A stretch of 64,000 nucleotides of DNA from Cyanophora paradoxa CCMP329 (Eukaryota > Plantae > Glaucophyta). Under the pieces are notes generated by a model, which saw nothing but the letters and a program-made list of their open reading frames with translations, was not told the origin of the DNA and searched no databases. This document shows positions 33,381-46,300 of the stretch, piece by piece. Location: positions 124,001 through 188,000 of the forward strand of contig QPMI01000470.1 of the NCBI GenBank assembly GCA_004431415.1, in the 5' to 3' direction. The stretch's first letter is position 1. Each line of letters starts with the position of its first letter. Position numbers and translations under genes: made by a program.

Positions 33381-33729
33381 CCAGCTGTTCAGGGTTAGCG
33401 GTAGGCCGTGCGAACGCAGTTGATGCGCAGCGTTTTTTCGCTCCAGAACAATCTTTCATATACAGTGCGCTGAATCTGGCCTTTCATGGAGGCTTTTCTT
33501 TATTCGGTTTGATCGCAGCATCTGCTTAATGGGCCTTTTCTATGTTTTTCAATCATATATACTCTGTGTCTAACTTTACACTTCAACCTGCCACGCGCGC
33601 TGGGCCGGGGTCGATCTAGATCTGCCCCGTGCATGTGCGTGCCACTACGACTCTTTCATTAGAACCCGGTTCCCCCCTTGCACCCCCGGCGCGAGAATCG
33701 CGGCCGGGCCCCTAGTTCTAATCAATCGG

Positions 33730-33916
33730 CGCGGGCTGGGCGCAGGGTAGCGAGGGCTCTGGAGGCGGCGCCTGCACGCCGCCACCGCGGCGGGGGCGGG
33801 GGCGGCGGAGGGGGATCCGGAGGTGGCCCTGAGTGGGCGGGGCGCCTTTCAAGGGGTTAGATTACTACCTTTGATAACTAGCGTGATAGATATAGGCCGG
33901 GCATCGCCAACGAAAC
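33730..33916 (+). repeat. Diverged copy of the subtilase last exon and 3' flank (27960-28168)
   Basis: Both copies share the acceptor 'gggcgcag', 'gaggcggcgcctgcacgccgccaccgcggcgggggcgggg', 'ctacctttgata.ctagcgtg' and 'cgccaacgaaac'. Confidence 0.85.
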
Positions 33917-34714
33917 AGACTACTCAGCTATTGCTCGCGGTCATATCGAAGCGCAGGACTGGAGTTATATGTACGCTAGCGCTACGAACTGGAATCTGTA
34001 ATTTGAATACTAAGTTATAACTTATTACTTATGACGCATGCGGAGTCATTGCGGACACCCGTTAAAAAACTCAGTCTTCACGGGACGGCCGAGCCAAAAA
34101 TCCTCGGTAGTTTGATTGAGGTCAGAAAACTTACCTTAGGGTTGTGTCAACGCATATGAGAACACAGTGTGGCATAACGTAAATTACATCAGAATCACAA
34201 ATTAAATTTTGACTTCAGATTTACAGTTAGGTACCGCGCTTATTCTCGAAAATCTGCTGCGATAACGCCAGACACATTACCCCAAGTGAAACTAAACTCA
34301 AAATGTCAGTACGTTAATTTAATTAAAAAACCGGTTCCAGTTTGGGTTTTAAAGAAATTTAATGCATGCCACATGGATTCGCAGTCGTAGTGCGCGCCAA
34401 ATGCGTGCGGAGTCAACTAGTACTGCGGACGCGATCGTAGTACTACGGTACGTGCACGTGCTCGCAAATTCAAATGATTGAGCCGATCGCGACGTCGCAA
34501 TCGCGAGCCCGGGCCGCGAGTCCCGCGACGTCGACTTTGACTAGGACTCTTTCAGTGAGCTGTCGCCGCAGCCTGTCGGGCAACTTCTATAAAACAAATT
34601 AAAATCGAATCGATCCGATCGACGATCCGGTACCCCTCGGCCTTCGCCAGTACCAGACTTCTACTACCGGATTTTCCTTCACTCAGCCTGGCAGGTTGAC
34701 GTGTCACAGACTCA

Positions 34715-35062
34715 CAGTGTGTCACGGTGTCACCGCGGGTACCGGTACGGTCCGGTACGCCGCGCGCGCAGCGGCGCGCTGCCGCAGTGCGGCGCGCCGC
34801 GGCGCGCTGGCCGTGGCCGCCGCCAGTGGCCCGCCACGCGGCGCCGTCGACGTCACGGCGTGGCGCGAGCCGCGCGACTGTCGCGTGAGTCGAGTTTTTC
34901 CCAGCAGTTTAAGCTGGCCAGTGGCGTGCATGGAAAGTGGCAGATAACGGAAGTAACGGAAAGTGGCGGACCCGGGATAATTATAACGGACGTTTCCGGA
35001 AAGTAACGGACAGCTTAAGTGGCGGATAGCGAAAAGTAACGGAAAGTAACCGAAACACACTG
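34715..35062. mobile_element. Possible non-autonomous hAT-like element or transposon end
   Basis: Imperfect TIRs CAGTGTGTCACGGT / ACCGAAACACACTG (12 of 14 match); clustered subterminal AAGTAACGGA-like repeats at 34945-35052; no clean 8-bp TSD. Confidence 0.35.
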
Positions 35063-36269
35063 CAGTCGACGTCTAGCTGGCAGTAGTAGCTGCAGGCCCG
35101 CTGATCATGATTCATGAGCAGCAGCAGCAGCTGTCGTTGCTGCAGTTGCGCTTATATTAGCAACCGCGTACATACTAGTGCTGCTGCGCATGTAGCTAGC
35201 GCTGCTGCGCATGCTTGTGCAGACGGAGCACTGCGGCGCATCAGCAGGTGAATTCGAAGTCAACGCAGCGATTGCGATCGCGAAAGCAGTGATCCTGATT
35301 TTGTCGAAGCTCAGAATAGCTTAGATAGGTCCCCCGAGGGTCCCCATGTGCTCAGGCGTGGCGCCGAGTCGGCAGGAACGCGTGGGCGGCGTGCGTGCAG
35401 AAGATGCGACTGGTCCCTCTGGGTACACGACTGAACAACGGGGGGGTACTGACCCAACCCGCTACTAAGTACTAGCTACGCAACGACGTCAGCCCGTCTC
35501 AGCATGAATGATTGGCCAATGGCCCGGCCTAACTACTGAGGCAACAAAGCCGCTGCTTATAAGCACCCGCTCCGAATCGTGAAGTGCCCGGCGGCCGCGA
35601 AGATTATTCGAATTCTTTTGTCCTGAAAACGTCCGTCGTTCTGGCAAACTGCGCAAGATTCGAAATATATAATAGCTAATTGTAACAGTTCCGATCTATC
35701 GCTAGATCTTATAGCTCCGCTTCCGAAGCTCAAGATCTGAGAGTCTAGATCGGCGCTGACGTCAACGCTGCGCGTTTCTCGATTGGATTGAAGTTCAGCT
35801 GCAGATCTAAATCATCGGATCTACGTATACATGCTTCGAATTCCAGATCGCGAAAAAATTCATTTCTGCGTGTAAGTTTCTTTCGAATTCGCGTGCGATC
35901 GCTATATATAGCTATGTCCGACGGTCATGATATCGATCATCAGTTAATGGGGGGGTGCGGGGGGGCTTGCCCCCCTGCTTGTTACCTGTATTAATATTAC
36001 CCCGGCGCCGGCCCGGCGTTGCAATTTACATTGCAATTGCAATTGCAGCAGTTTAAATGTACATTTGCATTTTGCATTTGCAGCCGAGATCTAGACCGAT
36101 TACGTTTTTGGTCTCCCACCCAATTTGCAACCTACTAGGCTAGTGGAAAGAAGTGGAAAGATCTGATCTGATCTGCTCGCCTCCTCTCCGCTTCGCCCCT
36201 CCGAGGCTCCGCCCCGCCCCGCCCCGCCCCGCCCCGCCCCGCCCCGCCCCGCCCCGCCCCGCCCCGCCC

Positions 36270-36525
36270 CGATCCGATCCGATCCGATCCGATCTGATCT
36301 GATCTGATCTATCAGTGCATGGGGCGGGCGTGGTACGGGGCGGTGGTGGAGGCCTTCGGGGGTGACCGCTCCCTCATCCGCGCGGTGCGCTCCCTTATTA
36401 GATTAGATGAGCGGACTGAGACTTATTATTAGACCGAGACTAGTAGACTTGGACTTATATTAGTAGGCTTTGATTGGCATCAGATTATTAGAAATCCTAA
36501 CTTCTTCTTCTAGAGGCCTTCGGAG
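36270..36525 (+). repeat. Dispersed copy of an exon plus intron flanks from 60615-60845
   Basis: Both places contain a (GATCC/GATCT)n tract, then cagtgcatggggcgggcgtggtacggggc...gaggccttcggggg.gaccgctccctcat.cgcgc.gtgcgc, and tagaaatccta.cttcttc...tagaggcctt. Confidence 0.85.
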
Positions 36526-38121
36526 GCCGCCGCTCAGCGGCTTCCTACTAGGCTAATCCGCGCTGTTCGCGCCCCGCCTCCGCCCCCCGCGCCGGCCCCG
36601 GCCCGGGCCCCCATCCGATGGCCCCATGGGCCGCCGCGCATATTAGCAATCCCCCATCTCGACCCCGCGGCCGCGCCTGACGTATAACACCTAGCCCTAG
36701 AGTAAGAACCAGGATTCGAAGACCTCAGCCCTATATTATGAGCTGCAGCTGGACAGGTCTCGGAATAGGTCTTATGCCCGGTATTATTGGCTCTTAGTAC
36801 GGGGGCGGCAGGTGGACCGGTACCTGCCACAGTACGTACACGTGCACTGGTGTACGTCTGCTATAGCTAGCTAGCCATAACGGTAGCCGCTGGCACCGCT
36901 GCTAGCCAGATGCCCCAGGGCCCCGGGGCCCGGGGCCAGTGCTCGGTCAAGCCGGGAATCATGAGTTATGTCCGATCTAGACTTACTTATTCATGCCTCG
37001 AGAACTTTCGTGGAGTCGCCGGAATTTTGAAACTTCGGCTTGCATGAATAGAGCTCGCGATATCGATATCGATCGCGAGCCAATCGTTATTTTAATTTAA
37101 TTGTGCTCTAATTAAAAAATATATACTTCGAGCTTCGAATTCTTAATTATAATTAATATTCTATTCACGATCGAATACGTATACGCGAATTAACGTGCAT
37201 ACGAATTTGATCGACAGAGCCAGATCGGTGGTCATGCAGGCCAGCTGCTAGCTCAGCCTAGCTGCAGCTACCAGTGCCAAGTTGAAAACACTGCCAACCA
37301 TGGCCACTGCAGATTGAATTCGAATCCTTCAAAGGATAATTTTACAAATGGTAATAATAGAGAGAGTAATATATAATAATAGAGAGAGGCAAATGCAAGC
37401 TGCAGCTCCCATATTCATACAATTCATGATCACTTGCGCTTGCACGAAGCTGCACCTGAAGTTGCAACTTGCAAGCCTGGAAGGCACTGCGGCAGTGGCA
37501 GCTGCAGCCTGCCAGTGGCACCAGTGCTGCCAGTGCGCATGCCTGCCACAGGCTGCCAGGCTGTACCGGTAGCCTGTACATGCCGTAGCCTGTAGGTGTT
37601 GTGCCACGATGCATGCCGCAGTGCCGCAGCTAGTGCGCACGCTAACACTAGTACTGTGACAGTGCGGCTCGCAAAAGCGCTTGAAAGCTGCAGCTGAGCT
37701 GCAAAAGGTCCATTACTAGTAGACGCTAAGCATAGAGCTGAGCGCAGCAAGACTCTTGATCGATATCTGAGCCTTGGGGAGTGCCGCAGTGCGCGTGCAA
37801 TCGGACATTTTCGGGTTCGAATTCGGCCGCCGAACCAGCCGCTGAGCGGCCGCGGACATTTTCACTTGCTAGCAGCTGCCGCGTGCGCACCTTAGAAATT
37901 ATAAAACGCTTTCGTGCGCGTACCGTGCGAGTACCGACAGGCCTACGCCAGCGCCTGTGCACGTGCTTTCGTGCGCGTACTACGGTATCAGCATATATAT
38001 GCATATGGTCATGATCAGCAGCTTTCGTGCGCGTCCCAGCAGGCAAATATTAATGCGTCAATCCCATCCGCGCCATGCTGTAGACAGCGCAAGCGCTAGT
38101 GCTAGCGCTATAGCTAGCTGC

Positions 38122-41100
38122 ATGCGCAGTCTGTGGTCTGTTCACGGCAATGGGCTTGTCGACCTCGCAAGCATCATGCTGAGCATCGTGCTGATCATGG
38201 CCAGCTTTCCCCAAGCCGCAGCGATTACCATGTCCCCCGCGTCGTCTTCGGAGTGCACCCTCGGCAAGCAGTGCACAGTGGCTTGGACCGGTTCATCGAC
38301 CGCGGTGGCTTATCTGTACCTATGCCCGAAGTCGTATCTCGATGGATATACAAATGCAGCTGTGGCTTGCAATTCGGTGAGTAACCATCGAATGTTCTTG
38401 CATATGCATATGCATTAAACTCGAGCTCCATCTGTGCATGCCTGCGTTTCCAGCCGGCCTAACGCAGCGGGCATGCATATGCAGATTACTAGTACTCCTA
38501 GTACTCCTCGTACAGATCAACGCCAGCCAAGCCCTTACACGTTTACGTTGCATGAGGCTCATCTGAACGTCCCTTCGTCTCTCAACTGCAATCGTACCGC
38601 CAGCGTGTGCGCATCACATGCATATGTGCATTTGTAAAGACACGTACACCGCACAATGTTTGACGGCCTCGAGCTCCAGATGCAATTTGTACTGGTTGGC
38701 GGCATCATCTTTTCCGAAGATGTACCAAGGACCCAGCTCAGATGTCGGCACGTTCGCCGTGAATGTCCAAATGCCTCCTCCATTTTCTATCCTTCCTTCA
38801 ACCCCCTCTGCATGCGTGATTGGTTTCCCGTGCACAATATACTGGGAAGGCGGCCCCGTAAACGCTTCGGTCGACATCTGGATCCGAACTACAGGCAACT
38901 ATATGTCGATTACCTACGATCCTGTTCGCGACTCCGGGTATTTGAAGGTATGCGTACATGCATCGTACGCGTCGCTATAGCTCAAGCTTACATTACATTC
39001 ATGATCAAGGATTTCATATGCATGATCGTTTCGTATATTGTAGTACTCGAGCATACATTCATGATCTTATAATTATGCACGATTATAACGTATACGTAAT
39101 TATGTGTTGGTCCCCAAATAACGCTTGGTCCCGCGGCCGGGTCTGACGCAGATGGCGAGCTCGGTGCAAGCTCCGGATCCAATGAAGACCGGCCCCTACA
39201 GCTACGCGATCTATCCTCCCTCGAGAATCTGGGATGATGATTTCTTGTGCAAGCCTACAACAACGGAAGACACCGACGGAGGGACGGTTGAGCGGTGCAT
39301 AGTTTTTGAAACGACGTCGACTTTCCGATGTCTATAGATCTAGATCTAGATCTCGATCTGGTTTCCCACCCGACACTTTCACAGCTGCGAGGTCTACCTT
39401 GGGGTCACGTTTCCTGGCGATTACAACTTCGTCCTTTCCCCCGGGGACTCGAAAAAGCTCTGGCTGCATTATCCTCCAGAAATCACTATCAGCGGCTCAG
39501 AGCGCTGCGTGGTCGGCGATGCGTGCAGCATATCTTTCACAGGAGCAAAATCCGCCGATATTTCTCTTTGCTCTACAAAACCAGGCCTAGGCTGTTTGCG
39601 ACTCGCGAATGCCAAGACCGGCGGATCTATCACGCGGACAATAACTAACGATGAATTTGAGACCCTGTGCAACGATAGAACAAGCGAGTCCTTCTCGTGC
39701 GTATAACATGTCAAGATGAATATCGACTGTGCTGGACTCTAATCGATACATGCAGCTGTTATCTAACGTGGGAGGTATACCCCGAAGGCGTCACAGACAA
39801 AGCCGCCCGAGGTTCGAAGTCGATCTCCCTTTATAAACCAGTCGCGATGAATTCCTCCACTTCTTCGGAATGTACCCTGTGGTCGTCCAATACCTGCCAG
39901 GTGGCATGGACATCGGTCCACGCCGTGACCATATACCTGTGCAGCTCGACGACATACGACGACTCTTCCTGCAAGCAAGTGAGCCACGTTTCTTGTTCGA
40001 TTCTTAAATCGATGCGGCGCATGCGCATCGCGTTCGGAGATGACGAGCTCCGTTGCAGCTTGCAAGCCAATCCAAGCAATCCGACGGCCCGCTCACGTTC
40101 GACGTCTCGAAACTACTTGAAGACTTTGAAGAGGTCTGTGATGTAGGAAGTTCAAGCACCTCGAGGTTCGAGCTAGCGTGCTCTGGACCCGAATTCAAAA
40201 TTGAATTGCGCGTGCATTTGAATAATGCGTGCAACAGGTGCACGATGCAGTGGATAATCGTTCCTACAGCGCTCGCATCCGATTTCAGGGCCGGCAAAGG
40301 GTCGGGTGCGGCCATTATGGCCATGAAGGCTTCGGCGACGAGCCCCTTGTCGATCTCAGTTCTTTCTATGCTCGCAACCTCGTCCACAAAGTGCAAAGCA
40401 AACGAGGGTGGTTGCACTGTGGCGTGGACGGGCCATCCCAGCGTCGACATCGCGCTCTGCAACTCAATTGAGATGTACCAACCGACGTGCATTGATGTGA
40501 GTGCTAGTTGATTCGCTGGTGATCGATATCGTGGTTATTTCGATTTCTCGTTAAACTGAAGTCCTTGTACCGCGCCCATAGGTTGCGAAGGATGCTTCAC
40601 CATCTACCAGCCCCAAGGCAGTCAAGTTCACAGTTGGGCAGCTTTCAACCGTTTGTGGTAGATCAAAGCCTTCTGGTTGCTCCGCGTACTGGAGGGTCTC
40701 CCCTTCTTCGGGACATGTAAAAGCTTCGGACATGCAAGATTACTATCTAGACATATCCAAAAGACGCTCTGCAATAGTTGAGGTGCAGATGCCACAAAGG
40801 GGACTCATACAGAGCGACTCCAGCACCAGCACTTCTTGCGATGTCGACTCTCCCTGTTCGATAGCGTGGAGTAACATGCAAGCTGCAGCCGACATTTATA
40901 TCTGCCCGGGGACCACATTCGAGAGCGACTTCTGTGCGCAGGTCTGAGCAGTTCTTGCCCCATCTATAATTATATAAACAATTGCAAATCCAATATATTT
41001 ACGCGTCTACATTTACGTACGCTTACATGCTAGGTCGCTTCGGAGGTGCCCGTCTCAAGCAGCCCATACTCCGTAACGCCCACGACGGCGCATTATTTAA

Positions 41101-43195
41101 AGATCTCCAAGAAGACAGAAGGGTCCGCGCGCGTGAACTCGAACTCGAACTCAAAGAAGAAGTTAGGAATAATCCTCTAATTGTCGTAGTCGCTGATTGC
41201 ACTCACTAGGCCAGCTGCCGGTTCTGTGAAGGGTTACTGGATGGTATTCGAGCATGGCAAGGCCGAGCGTCGAGCTCGAGCACTCGGAAGATCAAGGCAA
41301 TTACAGGCAGAAGTCTGGCAGGAGGTCGTGTTATCTGCCAAGGCGATCACAATCACAGGCTCGGCGGCTATCTGTCGCAGCGGCTCGCCGGGGTGCACGA
41401 TATCCTGGACAGGCCGCTCGGCCGTCGATGTGTTTTTCTGCAAGGACACGACGTTCTCCAAGCAAAAGTGCTTATCGGTGCGCGTACGCAGGCGCTTAAG
41501 CTTGCGCGAGTCTTTAACTTCGCGCATTAATAGAGTTTAATTTCAGATGACAACAAACCTACGTATGCAGTCGGGAAGCGCCACATTCAGCCCAGCTGTG
41601 ACGACATGCACATTCATAAACCCTTCGGATTCACTTTCGTGCGCAAATTGGAACGCCTGAATTGAATTTTAGAGCTGCTACGTTGATTGTCTCAGCGGCC
41701 GGTTAACGTTGACGTTGAGCCCTATAGCTAATTATAATTATATATGTAACGTTCAGAACCTGCTCCGGGTTCTGGGTTCTGCGGCCTGCTCCGAGAGAAC
41801 TCCTTCCTGAGTCAGACGTCTCGGCGGACGCCAGCGCGCCCGGGAAGGTTGCGCCTCCGTGCTATACAAGCCAGTGCACGGAATTGCCGAGCGGGCCGGG
41901 CACTTCGACGTCGACCTCGACTCCAAACGATGATTGTGCGCCAATTGTATACGTATAATATAAATTAAAGGCCCTGTAGCCGATCATGAGACTGTAACAG
42001 CATTTCTGACTAAAGCCTGTTGCGCGCAGCTTCGGATCAGATCGTTTCCGCTGTGGTCATCATTCTGCCAGTTGCCGCTGTCGCTGTCGTGGGCGCCACT
42101 GCGGCAAATAGCGTTCGGCGGAGATCCGGGCCAGCCCGCAGCCAAGTGCTGGTGTCTGCAGCGGCAGGTTTCGCGTCGCTTCAGACGCTCTGCATGATTA
42201 TCGCGCTTGCGATGCCTTACTGGCTGGGGCGCGGCGAGGACACTGGCTACGTTGGACTACAGAAGCTGCGCATCCCCGTCCTTGGAGTCATGAGGACCAT
42301 CGACTGGGGCGAGTTTTGCGAATTGTTTCGCATTCTTGGCATAGATGCTGCCTGCGCATTGAAGGACTCGTACAAGGCCGTCATCGCGTTCGGAGCCATC
42401 GCTGTCGTTCTTTCCAGCCTATGTGTAGCCGCCGCGGCCTTGTACCACTACAACTCGCAGAGAAGTGGAAGCAGCGGCAGCGGCAGCCTCCTCCTCCGGA
42501 TCGCGATGGCGGCTCTGGCGCTGTCCGTCCTGGCCCTGCTCAGCCTGGTCCTGTGCCTCGGCATATTCGTCGGGGCTTCCCTCAAACACTCGCCCGCATT
42601 GAGCGGAGCCGACGCCAACGCCACCGCTGACCTGACGAAGTCGCCCCTGGGTGCCTCCTTTGGTCTCCTGCTCGCTTCCCTCAGCTGTGCGCTCGCATCC
42701 GCTGGCAGCGCGGGAGCTTTGTACACCATGGCCAAGGCTGCCAGCGGAAGCCTCGATGCCGGCGCCAAGCCGCAGTTGCAACCGGCCATTCTGTTCATGC
42801 CCCCTGGCCCGAACCAAGCCCCCATCGCAATTGCAAGCCCCGAACAGCTGCAGCCTCATCATTACATGCACCAGACAGCTCCTCACATGTACCAGCAGCA
42901 GACAGCTCCCCACACGTACGGGGCAGCTCCCTACGCACATATGCATGCATATGGCCAACACGTGCAGCAAGTGCAGGGATCGCAGCAGACACAGAGTCTC
43001 GCCGCCCCCAACGTTGCCACAGGTCCGGAGGCGGTAAGTTTTAACGTTATTCTAACACCTACATTATTCGATTTTGCAGCTCTGGATCTCACCATGCCGT
43101 CGACGCGCAGGTCGCCGTTCAGATCGCAACATATTAGCTGTGCATGCTCCCAGCTGCCGCAAAACCCAGCGGCCGATCCCCACTCCAGACGTTGA
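38122..43195 (+). CDS. Multi-exon membrane protein: signal peptide, at least 7 Cys-rich extracellular repeats, a TM helix and a claudin/PMP22-like four-TM module
   Basis: Repeats C-x4/6-C-(T/S/Q)-(V/I)-x-(W/F)...(L/I/F)C in successive exons. The 391-aa terminal ORF has 5 hydrophobic segments and a 'PYW...YVGL...C...C' loop. Joining all exons into one gene is inferred. Confidence 0.6.
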
Positions 43196-43345
43196 CCGCG
43201 AATTCATAATGTAAATATGTTATTAGTGTATCATTCGCGACGGATTCGAATTCGAAGAACCCGTCCGGCACATTCACTTCAGTCGCGGGGCCGGCGGGTT
43301 CGTTGGGGGAGGGGGGCGGGCGGTACGGGAAGCCCCGACGGGGGC

Positions 43346-46300
43346 CTACAAGAACGGCGCGTTCAGGTCGGGGAACAGGTCCCCGGCCTCCAGTACCCCC
43401 TCCTCGGGGGGCAAGTCGGGGCCGTCGCCCGCCCCGCGGGCCTCGGCGCGGGCGAAGCGCTGGAAGTCGTACCCCGCCAGGCGGCTCCCCAGGCCCACGT
43501 CTCCGTACAGGCGGCTCTTCGGGAGGCTCTGCCGCCGCTGCTGCGCGTGCGGCGCGACGGGCGCCGAGGCGCGGCGAGTGCCGACCGCGCTCCGCGGCCG
43601 CGGCCTCGCGCCCCGCTTGGAGCCGGAGCCCGCTGCCGCCGGCGAGATCCGGTACCCCGGCGGGGGAAGGGGCTCTGGTTGCGCAGGAGCGGGGCCTGGA
43701 GCGGGAGGCTGAGGCTGTAGTACCCCGGGTCGCTGGGGTGCGGCGGGAGCGGCGGGACTGCCGGCGGGCGCCCGCGGGCCGAGCCGGAGCCGGAGGACGG
43801 GAGGGCGAGCGAGAGGGCGCCGTCCGGGGGCGGGGAGCGGGCGCGGAGGCGCGACAGGACGGCGGCGACGTACTGAGCGATCTCGTCGGGCCCGGCCGAG
43901 GCCGGCGGCGGCGGCACCTCCGACGCGACTGCCGCCGCCAGCGCCGCCGCCGCCGCCGCCGCGTCCCCCGCCGAGGGCCGCCGCCCCTGCGCGTGGGGCG
44001 GCGCCGGCGCCGGCCCGGCCCTGCGGCAGCGCGGGTCAGTGGGCGGAAGCGGGGCGGGCGTAAAAGGGTCCGGCCGGCCGGGCGCACGGGGGCCGGGCGG
44101 AGAGGGGGCCGTGGGGGCGGCGGGCCGGCCGTCGTCGGCGGGCCGGGGCGGGGGCGAGGCCCGTGGCGGCACCGGCGGCGGCGGCGGCGGCTCGTCCGAG
44201 AGCCCCTCGAAGCCCCAGTCGGGGTACTGGCGCTCCGCGGGCAGGCCGAGGCCCGGGGCCGCCAGCACGTGTACCCTCCTGTGGTCCTCCAGCTCCGCAA
44301 TGATGTCCTGGTGGGGGATGGGAGGTCAGGAGGTACAGGAAGTTGTCCAGGGGGGTACGGACCTCGTAGGTCGCCTGGCGGCCCTTGCGCGGGGAGGGGG
44401 CGGGGGCGCGGCGGTGGGGGCGGCGCGGGGGCGTGCGGGGCCGAGGTGGGGCGGGCGGGGCGGGCGGCCGGGGGCGGGGCGGGAGCGGGCCGGCGGGGCG
44501 GGCCGGTGGCCGTGGGAGGTGCCGGGCCGAGGCGGGTGCGGGGCCGGGGCGGCGGGGGCCGCCCGCCGGCGGCGGCGCCGCGGGGCGTGCCCCGCGCGCT
44601 GTGGGCGGGGGCGGCCGCGCCGGCCGATCGGGCCGAGTCCGGCCCGGCGGAGGAGCGGGCCGAGTCGGGCTGGCGCGGCTGGGGCGGCTTGCGGGGGCTC
44701 ACGACGTGGGAGGGCACACGGGGGGACACGGCGGCGCTTCGTGCGCGGCGCGCCGTCTCCAGGTCGTCCTTCTCGCGTACCCAGGAGGGCCGCGTGTCGG
44801 GCAGGCGCCCGATCTGCGAGCCGACGCGCAGCTCCTCCCGCAGCAGCTCCTCGATGGCCGTCCGCCGGTGCGCCGTGAGCATGCGGTACGTCCGCCGCGC
44901 CGCGTAGCCGCGCCAGGCCGCCTGCAGCCGCACCGCGGCCCCCACCTCCGCCTGCCCCCCCACTGAGCGAAGGGGGAGAAAGAGGCGCGGGGGTACGACG
45001 CACGTCGCCGGCGGCGTGGGCGATACGGCGGCGGGCGAGGAAGGATCGGGCGGCGCCCTGGATGCGCCGGGCCGCCTCCTCCTCCCGCGGGTTCGCCTGC
45101 CGCGCGCCCCGCGGGCTCGCCGAGCGTGGCCCGTACGCGTACCCCCGCGCCGAGTGCGGGCGGGGCCCGAGGGCCGAGGGCGGCCGGCCGCCGCTGCGGG
45201 CGGTGCCGGGGCGGGCCGACGTGGGGCGGGGCGACGAGGCGGCCGACTGCGGCCTGCGGGTGCTGTACGCGAGGTTCGCCGAAGCCGGCCGCGCCGGCGC
45301 CTGCAGCGGCGTCGCCCCCTCTACGCTTCCCGCCCGCACCTGCCCGCGCCGCGTCAGGATGGGGACGGGGGAGGGGGAGGGGGGTACGGGCTCGCCTGGA
45401 GGTGCCGGGCGCGGAGGCTGTGGACGTACCCGTCCGCGTCGGGCCGGCAGTGCCGCTCGCACTGCAAGCAGACCGACTGGCCCGACTGAGGCGGGCGGGC
45501 GCGCCCGTCAGAGCCACGTGGAGGGGGGGGGGGGAAGAACCCGGGGAAGGGGGTACGCGCGCACGGGGTCCGTAAGGCGGAGGGCGGAGCACCAGAGGAG
45601 CCACAGGCGTCCCTCGCGGTCGATCTTGACGTGCAGGATCATCAGCCGGACCTGCGCATGCGGCGCCGACCTCAGACGTGCAGCCGAACGAGTTTAGTGA
45701 GGGAGGCGCGCCTTGTTCTTTGGCTTCAGCTCCTCGATGAGCTCGACCAGGCCCCGGGCCGCCCTCTCGAAGATGCGGCGCAGCCCGTTGCTCGGGAAGA
45801 TCGCCCCTGGGTACGCAGAACAATGGGCGGGGGCGGGGCGGGGGACGGCAGGTGAGGGGGGTACGGGCGCGCACGGTTCACGGAGAGGTAGTCGGGCCCG
45901 AAGAAGGTGGAGCAGCGGGCGGCGCGGGCCAGCGCGTGGTCCGAGAGGCGCGAGTGGTTCGCCCGCTGCTCAAGCACGAGGTTCTCCGGCAGGTACGTCA
46001 CGCGGTACGTCACTGCCGGGGTACATGTGCAGGATTAGGAAAGAAGCCTTGAAGGCGCAAGGAGGAAGGCGGCGCACCCTCCTTGTCGAGGTGGGGGTAC
46101 TTGACCGCGTCGGCGGGGTACACGAACTGCTGGATCATTCCGTCCTCGTTCTTGGCCGTCCACAGGAATTGCTCTGCGGGGGGCGGAAGAAGAGGCGTGA
46201 GGGGGTATCGGAGCGGGGTGGGGGCGGGGTCGAGGAGGGGGGTACGCACTCAGGGACTCGGTGTCAAAGTAGCGGAAGGAGAGGGGGTCCAGCGATTCGG

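Noticed and set aside
35330-35580. Solo LTR or promoter (CCAAT and TATA-like words)
   Set aside because: No TG...CA boundaries, TSD or second copy identifiable.
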